Source of the DNA: Elsinoe ampelina
Taxonomy: Eukaryota
Direction of reading: 5' to 3'
DNA length: 64,000 nucleotides
NCBI GenBank assembly: GCA_010093995.1
Contig: ML992502.1
Coordinates: forward strand, 199,868 to 263,867
Numbering within the stretch: the first letter of the stretch is position 1; each line of letters begins with the position of its first letter. This document shows, in pieces, positions 1 to 11,718 of the stretch. Made by a program: the position numbers and the translations under genes. Under the pieces are notes generated by a model, which saw only the letters and a list, made by a program, of their open reading frames with translations, had not been told where the DNA came from and made no database searches.

Positions 1-2342
1 CTAGAGATAGATTAACTATAAGATCTATATCTAGTACTATTATTTATATACTTAGTATACTAGTTATTTAGAAGTTAAAGCTATAAAAAATTATTATATT
101 ATTAAGTACTAAGGCTAAATACCTTACCCTTACTAAGACCTATAGAAAGATTAATTAGTTAAGAAATTTTATTATTAAACTTAGGCTACTTACTAATATT
201 TACCTTAGCCTAACTATAGTCTTTATTAATAACAAATTAGCTATTAAACTTATAAGAGATTATACTAACTTAAGGAGATCTAAGTATATTAATCTAAGGA
301 ATTATTACTATAGAGAGTAGTATAAACTTAAAGTAATTAAGCTTAAGTATATTAATATAACTTAGTAATTAGCTAATACACTTATAAAGCCTAAGTCTCT
401 TAATAAGATTCTTAATTAATTAGTAAAGGCTAATTACTTAGTGTATATCTATACTATACACTTATTTAGATTTTATATATATTGTTATTTTAAGTATATT
501 ATTTATACTACTACTACTTATTAAGCTATCTTATTTGTCTAAAGCTTAAAGTAAATTACTTTATTATTAAGAAGAGAGAAAGGAAAAGCTACTATAACTC
601 TATTACTAGCTACTTATACCTAAGCTATATCTACTACTTAGTACTATTATTACCTTTAATAACCTCTACCTATCCACTACCTTAAATTACCTCTTTATAG
701 AAGAAGAACCCCTTCCCTTATTACTACTAGTAGACCTTATAGAAGTATTAGATCTAGACCTACTATACCTTATTAATGCTAGGCCTAGTATAAAGGCATA
801 AATAGAAGAAAGCTAACTAGAGTAGCTAGTAGCTATAATCCTTATAAGCTCTACTATATAGTTTATTACTATAGTAGCTAAGTTATAAACCTTAGTAGTA
901 GTTAGGTTAGTAAGATCTACAAAGTTTATAGGGACTACTATAAAGTAGTAAGAGTTAGTATAAGTTATTAAGGTATTAACTACACCTAATAATACCTCTA
1001 GTATATAGGCCCTTAGTAAGAACCTCTAAGGCAAAGTACTACTAAAAGAAATAGATCTTAGGAGCTCTATTAGTAGGTATATTAGGCTATATAGAATAGA
1101 CTAAGTAATAACCCTTAAGCTACTTAGGGTCCTTATAGGTTTAGGAGAGCTAATAGGCCTTAGAGTTAAAGTATAGTTAGCTAAGAAACATCTAGCATAT
1201 TAGTTACTATAAGCATAGTAAGTATAGGCCTTATTAAGCTAACTAGGTAAAGTAATATACTTACTAAACTTGCTACCTCTACTCTTACTCTAATTATTAC
1301 TAGGGTTAGATCCCTAATACTTAGTATAGCAATTAGTACTATAGTAGACTACTCTACTAGTAGCACTAGAAGCTATTAAAGTAGTAGAGTAGTTAGTAGA
1401 TCTAGTAAGGTTAACTTACTTAGTTAGATCCTTAACTAGAATAGGATTAGTAACTACTAGATATATACTATAGGTACTAAAGGCCTAGACTACTATAGAC
1501 CTCTAGATAGAATATAAGTTAGTATAGTTATAATAACTAATTATCCTAAGCCTAAGGAGAGTATTCTAGATTATATCGGCTAACTATTAAGTTAAAGTCT
1601 AAGTTAATTAAGCTATTAATGTTAGCTTATGCTATTAATGCTTTATAGCTACTTACTAAGGGTATTAAGACAAGTAATTAGTCTTATAGTAGTATTATAA
1701 TTAATATTAGAAGTACTAGGCAACCTTAATAGAGAATTTCTCTTCTTACTACTACCTCTACTACCTAGTAGACTACTTAGAGTACTAGCACTAGTAGTAA
1801 TGCTACTAATGCCTAGCTGTTACTACACTATAGCGCTTATATTATAAATGTTATTAATATAGTATAGTAAGAAGGTAAAAGTGTTATATAAAAGAAAAGG
1901 CTACTACTATAAGTATAATAAAGGAAAGAGAAATTATAAAGAGACTAGTTAGATACTTATATCTCTTTAATTAAGACTTATAAGCTAGTCTATTTATATA
2001 AATAATAGCTATCTAGCTATTATTAGTAGTTACTATTGTTACTAGTAATTATAAGCTAAACTAATAGTGAATTCTCACTAATAATTAGCTAACACTAACA
2101 ATTATAAGCAATTATAAAGAGATAAAGTAATAAGCTAATTACTTTACTTACATATAACAGGATAGTTCTCTAGCTTTAATAATCTATACTAGAGAGGGAG
2201 TGTTATAATAGAAGGCTAGTATAGCTTCTCTAGTACTAAAGAACTGGCACTAATAAGTCAGCGCACGCACAGTAGATAAATCGGTTATTATAACTCTCTA
2301 AATGAAATATACGTCTCTCGATCCGATTTGCCAGTTACAACA
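1..2342 (+). mobile_element. 3' part of a RIP-degenerated Ty1/copia LTR retrotransposon (truncated by the window start)
   Basis: Very AT-rich, TpA-rich and CpA/TpG-poor (RIP signature). About 215-392 translates as IVFINNKLAIKL...RRSKYINLRNYYYRE*YKLKVIKLKYINIT**LANTLIKP, which reverts by C>T/G>A changes to the copia RNase H motifs DNKSAI...RSKHIDLR.H..RE...QLADALTKP. The region ends with a PPT and an LTR. Confidence 0.88.
2201..2342 (+). repeat. 3' LTR (142 bp) of the copia element
   Basis: Begins TGTTAT directly after the polypurine tract AGAGAGGGAG (2191-2200) and ends ACAACA (TG...CA with a short inverted terminal repeat, one RIP-type mismatch). Base composition returns to normal immediately afterwards. 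Confidence 0.75.
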
Positions 2343-2634
2343 ATTTGCCCCGGAGTTTTAGCCCGCGGCGCTGGGGGACGGCCCCGCTGCTGAGGCTCAT
2401 AGTGGGGCTCTCTCACAATGAAGCATCGATATTGTCATTGGCGTATTTGATATCACTATTCTAGCAGACAAAGCTTGGTAGTTATCCAGTGTCGTATGTC
2501 TTTTCGACGAGGACCTGTCCAATATGCACATGGTCACCCCGGCACAACCCATGACCAACAACATATCCTGATAGACTCTATATACATCCCGCTCCGAATG
2601 TCCAACCACAACGTTCCCTCCCTTTCCCCTCCCC

Positions 2635-4596
2635 TCACGTCCCCTCCCCCGTCTCCACCATCTCATAAAACAACAAATAAACCTCCCTCTCCTGCTTCAA
2701 CACATCCTTCGTCGTACACTCCTTGACCTTATCATCACTAATCCTCCACCACCTGCTACTGCTCTTCTTCGCCTTCTTCTTCTCCCTCTCCCCTTTAAAC
2801 CGTTCCGCCACCCTCGTCATGCTGCTCTTCCGCCGCAAATCCGTCTTCCTCCCTGCCGCGCTCCCCGTCTCGGTCCCCGTCACCGACACCGCGGACGAGG
2901 GACTGCTGGCTCGTGTTTCCTCCGTCGCGAGGGTGCCGCTGAGACTAAGGCTGCTTCGGCTTTTGTCGCCAGAAGTCACCGAGGAGGCGCTCTCGCTTGG
3001 ACCGACGGGGCTTTGGGCGCTGGCTGCGTCAGGGTTACTGTTGGAGGAGCTGGTGGTGGTGGCGTTTTCGTCTACGCTGCTGAGGGCGGGGGAGATGACG
3101 TCCTTGCTCGTGCGGGCTTTGAGGGCGGGACTGGGGAGGGCGCTGCCCCGGGGTGTGCCTAGGTTGCTGTACAGGCCTGATTCGCCCATGGACACGGGAG
3201 CGAGGTAGGGTTCGCGGAGCATTTGCCGGCGGAAGCTTTCGTAGTGGCCGGAGTTGTGGCCGCCTTTGTGGGTCACAACGCCGAGGAGGCGGTAGGAGAC
3301 TTGATCGAGGATTCCGCCGAGAGGGAGGGTCTCGGGGAAGGAGACCTTTGCGAGATTTTTGGCGGAGGAGGTGGTGTTGTCCCACATGCTGCGGGACAGG
3401 TGGATAGCGAGGACGCGCGGGAATGAAGATATTCGGGAGTGGCGAGCGATCTTGCGTTTTGGTGCTTCCGAAGCTGGGGGTAACGTGATGTCCTTTGGTG
3501 GAGATTCTGGGTCCTCGGCTATGCATTTCTTGAGTGCATCAATGTCCTTCTTCAAATCGGCAGTCGTGCTATCCCCTTCCGTGGACTTGGACGAGACCTT
3601 CGCCAGTGCTGTGAGTTTCGTCTCCAACGCGTGTGTCATTCGACACTTTGCACACTTGAAGTCATCAATGTGCTCCACCTTCAGCATGCCATCGAAGCAA
3701 GTTGATAAGGACGTCGAGTTTCCACCCTGCGGCACATGCAGCGTCAACGTCACAAACGACGACGCACTCGGCCGCGGCTTGAATCGACAATGTGTGCACT
3801 CAATCTGACTCTCGATCTTCCCCTCGAATGGGAACGAAGGATGACTCTCCTCTTCCTTACCATCCTCCTCCCCCTTCTCCGGCACCACCTCTTTCCCCTG
3901 CCCTTCCTGCCCCATATCACTACTCCCCTTCCTATCCAATCCCTCTCCCACCCTCCTTCTCCTCCTCGCCCTCTTCCTCGCCTTCATCCCCGCATAAAAC
4001 TCCTCCGCCAACCTCTCCGTCACCAACTGCAAAAACTCCTGCGCATCCTGCTGACTCCGATTAATCCTCGTCCTGAAAGCCTGCTCCAACGCCCCGACAA
4101 ACGCCTGCGCCGAGAGCGTCTTCCTGTATATCGGCCTCTCGTTCAACGCATCCAGCATCTCCTTCAGCGCACTCGTGATCAGGCCTTGCTGCAGACCCCG
4201 TTGTTTCCACTCCGGTGTCTTCTCTCCCTGCCGCTTGAACGGAGCGATCTCGTCGTCGCCTTCTTTCCCCTCTCCTTTCGGGTCTGTCTCGGATGGCTCC
4301 TCTTCTTCTTCGAAAACATCATACACTCCCTTTCCCTCCATTCGCCGTAGATGTAGTTCCCGGATCAGATAGACCCGCAGCTCCGGCACGCCGGCTAGTG
4401 TCTGCAGCACACTGTTGATGAAGCAGTCGTTGGCGGGATTGGCGAGGCCGACGATGCCTCGTTTCCGGCTCGAGCGGGTCGATTGTGCGGCGTCGTCGTC
4501 GAGGAAGAAGGTCGGGCCGAAGACATAGACGAGTGTGACGGCCGCGAGGGAGGCGCCGGCGGCGTAGGCGGCGATTTGCAGGGGTTTGTCGGGCAT
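2635..4596 (-). CDS. Ubiquitin-specific protease (peptidase C19), Ubp16/USP30-like with N-terminal membrane anchor
   Basis: 653-aa ORF with Cys box GLANPANDCFINSVLQ, QQDAQEF, His box VVTHKGGHNSGHYESF and C-terminal WWRISDDKV...YLLFYE. The N-terminus is hydrophobic. Confidence 0.92.
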   Translation of the reverse strand: MPDKPLQIAAYAAGASLAAVTLVYVFGPTFFLDDDAAQSTRSSRKRGIVGLANPANDCFINSVLQTLAGVPELRVYLIRELHLRRMEGKGVYDVFEEEEEPSETDPKGEGKEGDDEIAPFKRQGEKTPEWKQRGLQQGLITSALKEMLDALNERPIYRKTLSAQAFVGALEQAFRTRINRSQQDAQEFLQLVTERLAEEFYAGMKARKRARRRRRVGEGLDRKGSSDMGQEGQGKEVVPEKGEEDGKEEESHPSFPFEGKIESQIECTHCRFKPRPSASSFVTLTLHVPQGGNSTSLSTCFDGMLKVEHIDDFKCAKCRMTHALETKLTALAKVSSKSTEGDSTTADLKKDIDALKKCIAEDPESPPKDITLPPASEAPKRKIARHSRISSFPRVLAIHLSRSMWDNTTSSAKNLAKVSFPETLPLGGILDQVSYRLLGVVTHKGGHNSGHYESFRRQMLREPYLAPVSMGESGLYSNLGTPRGSALPSPALKARTSKDVISPALSSVDENATTTSSSNSNPDAASAQSPVGPSESASSVTSGDKSRSSLSLSGTLATEETRASSPSSAVSVTGTETGSAAGRKTDLRRKSSMTRVAERFKGEREKKKAKKSSSRWWRISDDKVKECTTKDVLKQEREVYLLFYEMVETGEGT

Positions 4597-5195
4597 GCTG
4601 GGTGGTTACGAGCAGTCGGAGCGGGTGGGTTGGCGAGGCGGGTGGGTGAGCGGGGGTCATAAGCTGAGGGCGGACATGCTGTGAGGTAGCGGGGCGGATG
4701 GGCGGGAGAAATGTGCGGTAGAGATATGCGTTGTGGTGCTGAATGAGTCCCAGCTCTTCCGACGTGGTTTACAGGTCGTGGTGAAGCGCAATGCTTACTC
4801 CAAGTGAATGCCTAGCCTTCGGTGGTGGTCGGGTAATCGATCTCCACGCCGAGTCGTGACTTTGACTTTTGGGTCTTGCGGCTTTGGGCTTTGCGGACGT
4901 CGGCGGCTCTTCCGCTTTCCACTTTTGGCGGGGACGAAAACAGAGCTTCGTTCGAAAAACGGTTTGGCATTCTTTGGGTGTCGCGCCGTTAGCATGGTTG
5001 TGGTCAAGATGGCAGTGAGTCTTGGTAGGGTTGGGAAAGGGCTAGTGTCTTCAGTAATATCAAATGGTATAGTGGTAGTACAGTGAATGACGGTGGGTGA
5101 AGGTAGCTGGCCAGCACGCCAGTTTCGTACCTTATAGCACAGCACTTGTGCAGCATGTTCTTTCTTTCGACTTCTGACTATGGCGTTCATGACAT

Positions 5196-7227
5196 TTAGA
5201 AATTGCCATCGTCCTTTTTCCTCATATACTCACCGGCGAACTCAAGATCGTTCGAAGCGATCAGCACATAACCTCTACCCTTCCTCTTGTAGTAGAGATA
5301 GACGGAAAGTACCAGCAAAACCACCAAGGACGCCAATAGCAATCCGGTCTGTCCATGGCTGTTGGTGCTGGCATCCTCTAAATGTGTTGACTTTGCACGC
5401 TGCCACCCCAACCTTATACGATCAAACAGCGAGGGTCTCCTCTGCTTTGCCATGTATGACTGCCAAGTTGTGGTCAGATTTGTGGTATTGTATCTTCCGT
5501 CCTCGCCTCTGACTAGTCCGTCCATTGTGCTGTAATCTCTCATGTCCAAGATTGCGGTCTGGCCCAGGACGACCTCGTCCGCGTCTATGGCAAGTGCTGT
5601 GACAAAGCTCGCATTGCCGACGAAGACATTTTCCTCAAACCCGACCTTGGGAACATGAGCCCAGAAGTGCTCATGCAGAGTCAGTTCTGATGTTTTATTC
5701 GAGGCCAGTATGACCCAACTTCGGACCTCTGTTGCACCGTTCCAGCTGAAATACGCGGTATCATTGACGAGCGTATTTCCCGAAGCATCTTTTAGCATGA
5801 TGTCAAAGCTGCTGCGTTTTGAGACAAAATGGTAGTGCGGTTTTGGACCAGGGGCGATACTAGGCATGTATAAAGGTTTACCGGTCCAGTTTGACTTGAG
5901 CACTCGGTAATTGTCGGGAGTCCAACGGTTCAAGCCGAGCGGCGATGCCGTGACTTCCCAAATCACAGTACCATTAGCGGTGTATTCTGTCCAAGCTGGG
6001 TCATATCCATAGCCTACGAGCGCATTACCGGGTTGAGGTGAATCGTTCAAGACCTGCATGCTACCCTCCCGAAAGGCCGTTGTATGGTGACTTGTGTTGT
6101 ACTCGTGCTCGAGCCAGGCCTCGCGCTTTTCATAGTCTAATCGAATGACCATACCTCGTGATGGTCTACCGGATTCCAAATGCAATGCCGTAGCATGGTT
6201 GTCAAAGACCGAAATGCGGTCCAGTCTGTCGTCGACCCAGCGCGCATGATGCTGCCATTCAAAGTCCGTCGCAAGACCCTCGCTCATATCCTTGAAATCG
6301 TTGTTCTTGCCACCTAAGCTCCATATAACATCTCCAGTGGTTCCAGAAATGTAGTACATCGCGTGCATGTGGCGACTGTTGACCAGGAAGTTGCCCAGAT
6401 GATCCTTTTGTATACTGTTGATATGGAACCAGTCGAATCCTCGCTCGTGGGTATATCCTTCATGGTAATAGCTGGCAAGCCATGGACTGTCCCTCACGTC
6501 GATGTGCTTGGATGCCTGCCATTCGAACACTACCCTATTGGTAGCAATGTCTATCTCTTGAAAGTATGAATCGAGCAGCCAGCCGCCACCTGTGACATTG
6601 GTAATGTTCTGCCAGGTCAAATCGGTTTGGTGAGACACAAAGGCTGTGAATATGGCTGTGCATTCTTGTGTGAGGTAGAGTTCGTGGGCGTCGGCATTTG
6701 GAATCCTGCCTTGACCGGTGACGTTGTAGACGATCTGGTAGGTCTCGTCGAGCTTTCACTTGAGTCAGTCTCGCTCCGTGTCCTTGTACGGTGCACCCAT
6801 GTCGACTCACCAGATAATAGGAACCTTGCTTCCAGTTACCGGCACCAAAACCTGACCAGAATGCGATGTACTCGGTCCCATTGCAAGATTGTATGCTCGC
6901 ATGTAGCGTTTCGGGATTGATCTGAGGACCGTACCATACAGGCGAGAGGGTATGAGTGTCGAGCATCATGGGATGGGTTGGCGGACCGTATCTCCCCGCT
7001 GGCGCGAACATGATGTACTTGCTGGGTGATACCTGGTCTGTCGGCTGAACAAGGATATTCGCGACGGGTGCAACGACATCTGGTTGACTGAGAAAATGTT
7101 GACGGGTGTAGTTGCCCCATCTGCCAGCCATGTATTCTGCGCTATTGTTGAATGGAGGAAAATCGGCGCAAACATAATGTGGTAAAGATGAAAGAGAAAG
7201 AAGACATGCTAGGACCAAAATCAACAT
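5196..7227 (-). CDS. Arylsulfotransferase (ASST-type), signal peptide plus C-terminal transmembrane helix
   Basis: Signal peptide MLILVLACLLSLSS; intron 6753-6810 (GTGAGT...CTGAC...AAG) joins YYL to LDETYQIVYN; motifs FDWFHINSIQKD, FEWQHHARW, VFDNH; TM segment LLLASLVVLLVLSVYLYY. Confidence 0.85.
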
Positions 7228-7787
7228 CTTGATGATGTTCGCACCGGAAAGGCTTAGTCGGGACGTGACGACCAATGTCTCGTGGTGAAAGTAAATACCT
7301 ATAGCTGGCGGAAGTCATCTGCAGATATTCATCTTTGCAGTGACTGAACCTTTAAGAGGGGAAGCCCATGTGCCCCCTTTAAGAGCCTAGCTGCTCGTCG
7401 GTAATGGTGGAGCGTTAGCCGTTGGGACGGTAAGGATCTGCTGAGCCAGAGAGCCTATATACAGTATTATCATTATCGTAGTCTATGGCTCTGCTCCTGT
7501 TATGAGGAGAACAGACATCATTATCGCAAGCGGCGATATGTTAGGGCGTGTTCTTTGTTATAGTATCTGATGCGAGGTCAATTTCAGCTAGTTTTCAGTT
7601 GGACTCAGTTGGATTCAGATTTTTATGTGACGTCGCGCCGGTGCTCGGCCCGAGTTTTCGGCCACGCGTATACACAGCTTTAAAAACTATGGTATTAAGT
7701 AAAAGAGTTATTAGACTATGTTATTACTTGCACACTCTTATGGATTAATATGAAGAACTAGAACTGTTAAATAAGGCTATAGAGGGA

Positions 7788-9037
7788 CTATGGCAGCCAG
7801 CCCTCCTTCTGAGCGATCACGACTATCGACTGTCGCTTGGTCTTCTCAGCCATCTGCAAGGGTGTCCTGCTGTCCGACCTGTCCAGACCCACTCCTATGG
7901 GGGATGTTTCTTCAATTGTACGCATGTGAAATCGCTCGATCTTGCCGAATCTGCCCTCTTCTTCATCTGTGCTTGCAATAAAGCCGACGGTGAGGCCAGG
8001 ATCCCAGTCGACCTGAGTATCTCCAGGCTGAGGTGGTCTACCAGGCCGTCCTCTTGTACCGTCACTTGGTTCTGTAGGACGTGCGACTTTGACAAAAAGT
8101 GGTCGGAACGTGGCGACACATCCTGCTAAGATTGCAAGTCCTTGTTCAGCAATCGACCATGTCAGTACATCTGTCACAGTATCTAGGCAAGTCAGCGAGA
8201 AGCGGAGACAGCATGATCACGATGGTCCTACAGAGGAAATCGCCGACACCTTGGCCGTTGGCGATATTAACCTCTACAAGTCGAACCACAGTTGCGATGC
8301 TTGCCCTGTCTCTCGTCAGTACAACGCGACCACGGTCCGGTAGTTTGTACTCACAATGCGCCGAGACCAAGGATACCAGCCGTAGCAAATCTAGTCTTCT
8401 TTGCCAGATTTGACTTGTACAGCACCCACATGGGTACGAGCGAAAGAGTCCAATCCGATATGACCGCCGCAGCCGAGTGAAGGTATGTGCCGATGCTGTA
8501 CCGCTCCGTCCGGCAGATGCCCTGGTCCGAACTCCATTGCCAGTATCGCGACACCGGCGAGCAGAGGTTGAAAGTCCAGACGACGTAGAGAAGCCAAGCG
8601 ACCACGTTGAGTACCATAATCGACCAAACCGCAAACTTCTGCTTGCGACTCGCCATCAGACGAAGCAGCAGCAACCCGATCGAAACCCTTGCTAGCATCA
8701 TGACCGTCGCATAAAGGTGCGTCCCGATGAACAGTAGCTTTGTCATGTCAGCACTCCAAGTCCGTACCACCAGACCACCACCTACAAAGAAAGCCCTCTC
8801 CATCGACCCCACCGTCACCACGTGCTGATGCGTCCCCATGCCATACGCAATCTGCAAGAAACACCCAATCACCTCCCAAGTGAACAACAGCTGCGCGACG
8901 ACCATGATCCAGTCCTCAGCGGCCAGCCGCACAACCACCCTTCGTCTGGCGTAACACCGCAATGGGACCGCGACCCACGTCATGAGTAGACAAATGACAT
9001 TGCAAGCCAGAAAGCCCGCGGCCCTACCCTCCATCAT
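7788..9037 (-). CDS. PTH11-like (fungal rhodopsin-domain) integral membrane protein without CFEM domain
   Basis: Multiple TM segments; motifs LRCYAR..V..L..EDW, C.PVSRYW, ISDW...LVP, WSIAEQGLAILAGCVATFRPL. Introns at 8738-8785, 8306-8354 and 8183-8231. Start codon uncertain. Confidence 0.8.
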
Positions 9038-10374
9038 GGTCGCGATGACGCTGGGAGGGAAGGGAAGAGACACGCCTAGGTGCGCGCCAGAGCCAGAACC
9101 AAGATCTCGACCAGGAGAGGTGGGAGGGAAATAATCATGAATAGGACGAGCGAAGAAGTCGCAGACTTGAAGTGGAAGAAAGGGAAGAATTGGACACCTA
9201 CCCGATCCAGATCACCATGCGAGGGCCCACGACGTGGAACGCTCAAACGCTCGACGGCTCCACATAGTCGGGTCTGCATGGGCGTGTTCGTGGTTACCTT
9301 TTCTCGTGCGGGCCGTTGGGCAAAAGTAGAGACACGTTGGGCTCGACGACGATTAGTAGGGTCTTGTACTGGCTGAACGCAGGCTAATTGGCCGGTGTGA
9401 TTGCCGGACGGGATAGCTTGACAGGTGTGTGGCCGTTGGGTATTGGATGTTCAGCGACCGGTCGTGGCACCGGTGAGGAGGGAAGATCTTGCCTGCATGG
9501 GATGAGATTGACACAATTTGGGACGAAGGGTTGCATGTCAGAGAAAAGGAAGGATGCGTGGAAGGTGTTTTGTGTTGATGGAGGGAAGGGTAAGGTGGTG
9601 AGGTGAGAGATGGAGAGTCTGAAAGTTTTCTTTGTCAGCGCCGCCTTGCAGAAAAGCCTCTGCCATTTCGAAAAGCTTTAGGAACTACCACTGCCATCAT
9701 TTCTTCACAACAGCATACACATACTGATTGCTACTCATAGCCTGATACACAGCTAGAGTACCAATAGAAGGAGATCCAGTCTTTCCCATTGTTACTAGCT
9801 GCCAAAGGTAAGCACATCCTCTCTTCACAACACACTATGATGAACTTCCATTTCTCCAAAATATGTTTCAAGACGGGGCGGAGAGGACTTATCCTCATTG
9901 AATGATAAGAATGGTTCTGATGTGTTTATTACACATGTACAAGCATGCCGATAAACATCATGTGAGAGACATGCTAATTCGCATTTGTAGGTATCAAGCA
10001 AGCAGGTGTACCACCAGGACAAACTCGACACAATCGAGGAGGCGTTGGCACACGTCATGAGGCTTATGCTAGGTAAGCATTGTAGAGTGGGTATTCGCTT
10101 TTTATTTTCTTTTTGAGATTGATGTTACAAAACTAGTTTATACATGGCCGAGATGAGACAAGCACTGGCTGCCTTCTCTCGCCAAAAGATTGCGGACTGA
10201 GCTGATCATGACGGTGCCTCGAAATTGCTTCAAAGACTTTCGTTGCTTGATCTACCGACCAATCTTCCCCCCAAATGGCCGAAACATCACGTGTGTTGAG
10301 CGGAACTGTCGCCTCTACCAAGCAAATGACTCCAGCAAATGCGAGAGTGGTGTGGTGTATGTGACACAATTCGT

Positions 10375-11718
10375 CTAGTATGCGTCGAAAAGACATTCCA
10401 GCTCGTCTAGCTCAATGTTTTCTGGGCTCTTTGATTCCCAGTCGGACCACATGTCCATGTCGTCATTCTCAATGGTCATAACGGTGGTTGCAAAGACGCT
10501 CTTGGTTGAAGGTGCCGTCTTGCCGGAAAGCACACTAGCATCAATGCTGGCAATGGTGTTGATTGGTCGCAAGACGGGGCTGCTGAGGTCGTAGCCTGGA
10601 CCCTGCACAGAGAGGTGCTCGTGACCACCGAATAAAGCAGCAGCGGCCTCTTGATTGCGGCGGGCGATGTTCTCCTCAGATTCCTCGAGTGGCTCGACGT
10701 CCATCTTAATATCTTCTGACTCGATCGAGATGACTGCCTCGGACGCTTGGCGGCTTCTCTGTTGGCTGTCACGTCGTTGTTGTTGGAGCTCGTTGGCGGT
10801 CTGCTTGAAGTCACGCTCCTCGCGCTCGAGAGGCGGGCTAGCAGCACGGCGATTGTGGATGAGGTCAGAAGATGACATGCTGCGGGAGAGGGAGCTATGG
10901 CTGGAGTACATGGACTCGTGCTCGATGTCATCATCATCCAATTCTGGTGTGCTTAGATCTACCTCTGGTGATGGAGAAAGCTGCGATCTCTGGCGGTTGT
11001 ACTTGTCTTCCACGTCCTCGTCGGCGTTGCTCGAAAGGGCGGGAGAGATGATGCGGCGGGGTGCTTGCTGCATTGAGGTATCCGGGATGGGCTGGTGCGG
11101 CATGGAAGTGAGGAAGTAGAATACGCGACGAGGGTGTACATTCTCTTGCTCTTTTCCGAGTGGGCAGGGGCTGACTATAGGCCATGGTCCTTTGAGGTAA
11201 GCGGATAGACGGGCCTGGATGAGAGCATTGGGATTTGTAGACCTGGAAAGGATGTCAGCAACTTGATGAAGTGCCAAGGCAGAATTGTCGACGTACGAGT
11301 CAATAGTTGGGACAGTGTTGGCCAGGCAAGCAGCAAGCTCTTTCGATGTATGCGGTCGGTTGCCTGTCTTTTCGAGTTGTACAATTGCCCCAACTACAAC
11401 CTCATCCTTGATGCCTTCGGTGTCGACCTTTGATCTTGTCGGAGCTCCCGGAGACGGCGGCGGTGTGTGTTCAACACCTAGTTGGATGACTGGCTTGATG
11501 TCTTCGGTCTTGATCCGGATGTTGGTAGTCTTGGGAGGGCTCATCGACCCAGGAGGCGAAATGAATTGAGGGACGCATCGCACCTTTTTGCTAGGTGGCT
11601 CCGCGTTCTCAACCGATTCTGAGAGCGGTGATGGATGTGACGGCGCCCTTGCTCTTTTCGGAACATGCACACCAAGCTCTGACAACGACAAGGACTTGCG
11701 TCTCGTGTTGTAAGGCAT
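10375..11718 (-). CDS. Conserved fungal protein, GDS1-like winged-helix type
   Basis: N-terminus MPYNTRRKSLSL, HTPPPSP, QLEKTGNRPH..KEL, HPRRVFYFLT and C-terminal SPENIELDELECLFDAY match my recollection of this Pezizomycotina family. In-frame 54-nt intron at 11243-11296. Confidence 0.7.
   Translation of the reverse strand: MPYNTRRKSLSLSELGVHVPKRARAPSHPSPLSESVENAEPPSKKVRCVPQFISPPGSMSPPKTTNIRIKTEDIKPVIQLGVEHTPPPSPGAPTRSKVDTEGIKDEVVVGAIVQLEKTGNRPHTSKELAACLANTVPTIDSYVDNSALALHQVADILSRSTNPNALIQARLSAYLKGPWPIVSPCPLGKEQENVHPRRVFYFLTSMPHQPIPDTSMQQAPRRIISPALSSNADEDVEDKYNRQRSQLSPSPEVDLSTPELDDDDIEHESMYSSHSSLSRSMSSSDLIHNRRAASPPLEREERDFKQTANELQQQRRDSQQRSRQASEAVISIESEDIKMDVEPLEESEENIARRNQEAAAALFGGHEHLSVQGPGYDLSSPVLRPINTIASIDASVLSGKTAPSTKSVFATTVMTIENDDMDMWSDWESKSPENIELDELECLFDAY

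Noticed and set aside
7498..7787. Possible solo LTR (starts TGTTATG) and a short TA-rich patch at ~7670-7787
   Set aside because: No matching CA terminus or target-site duplication, and too short to call RIP by eye.
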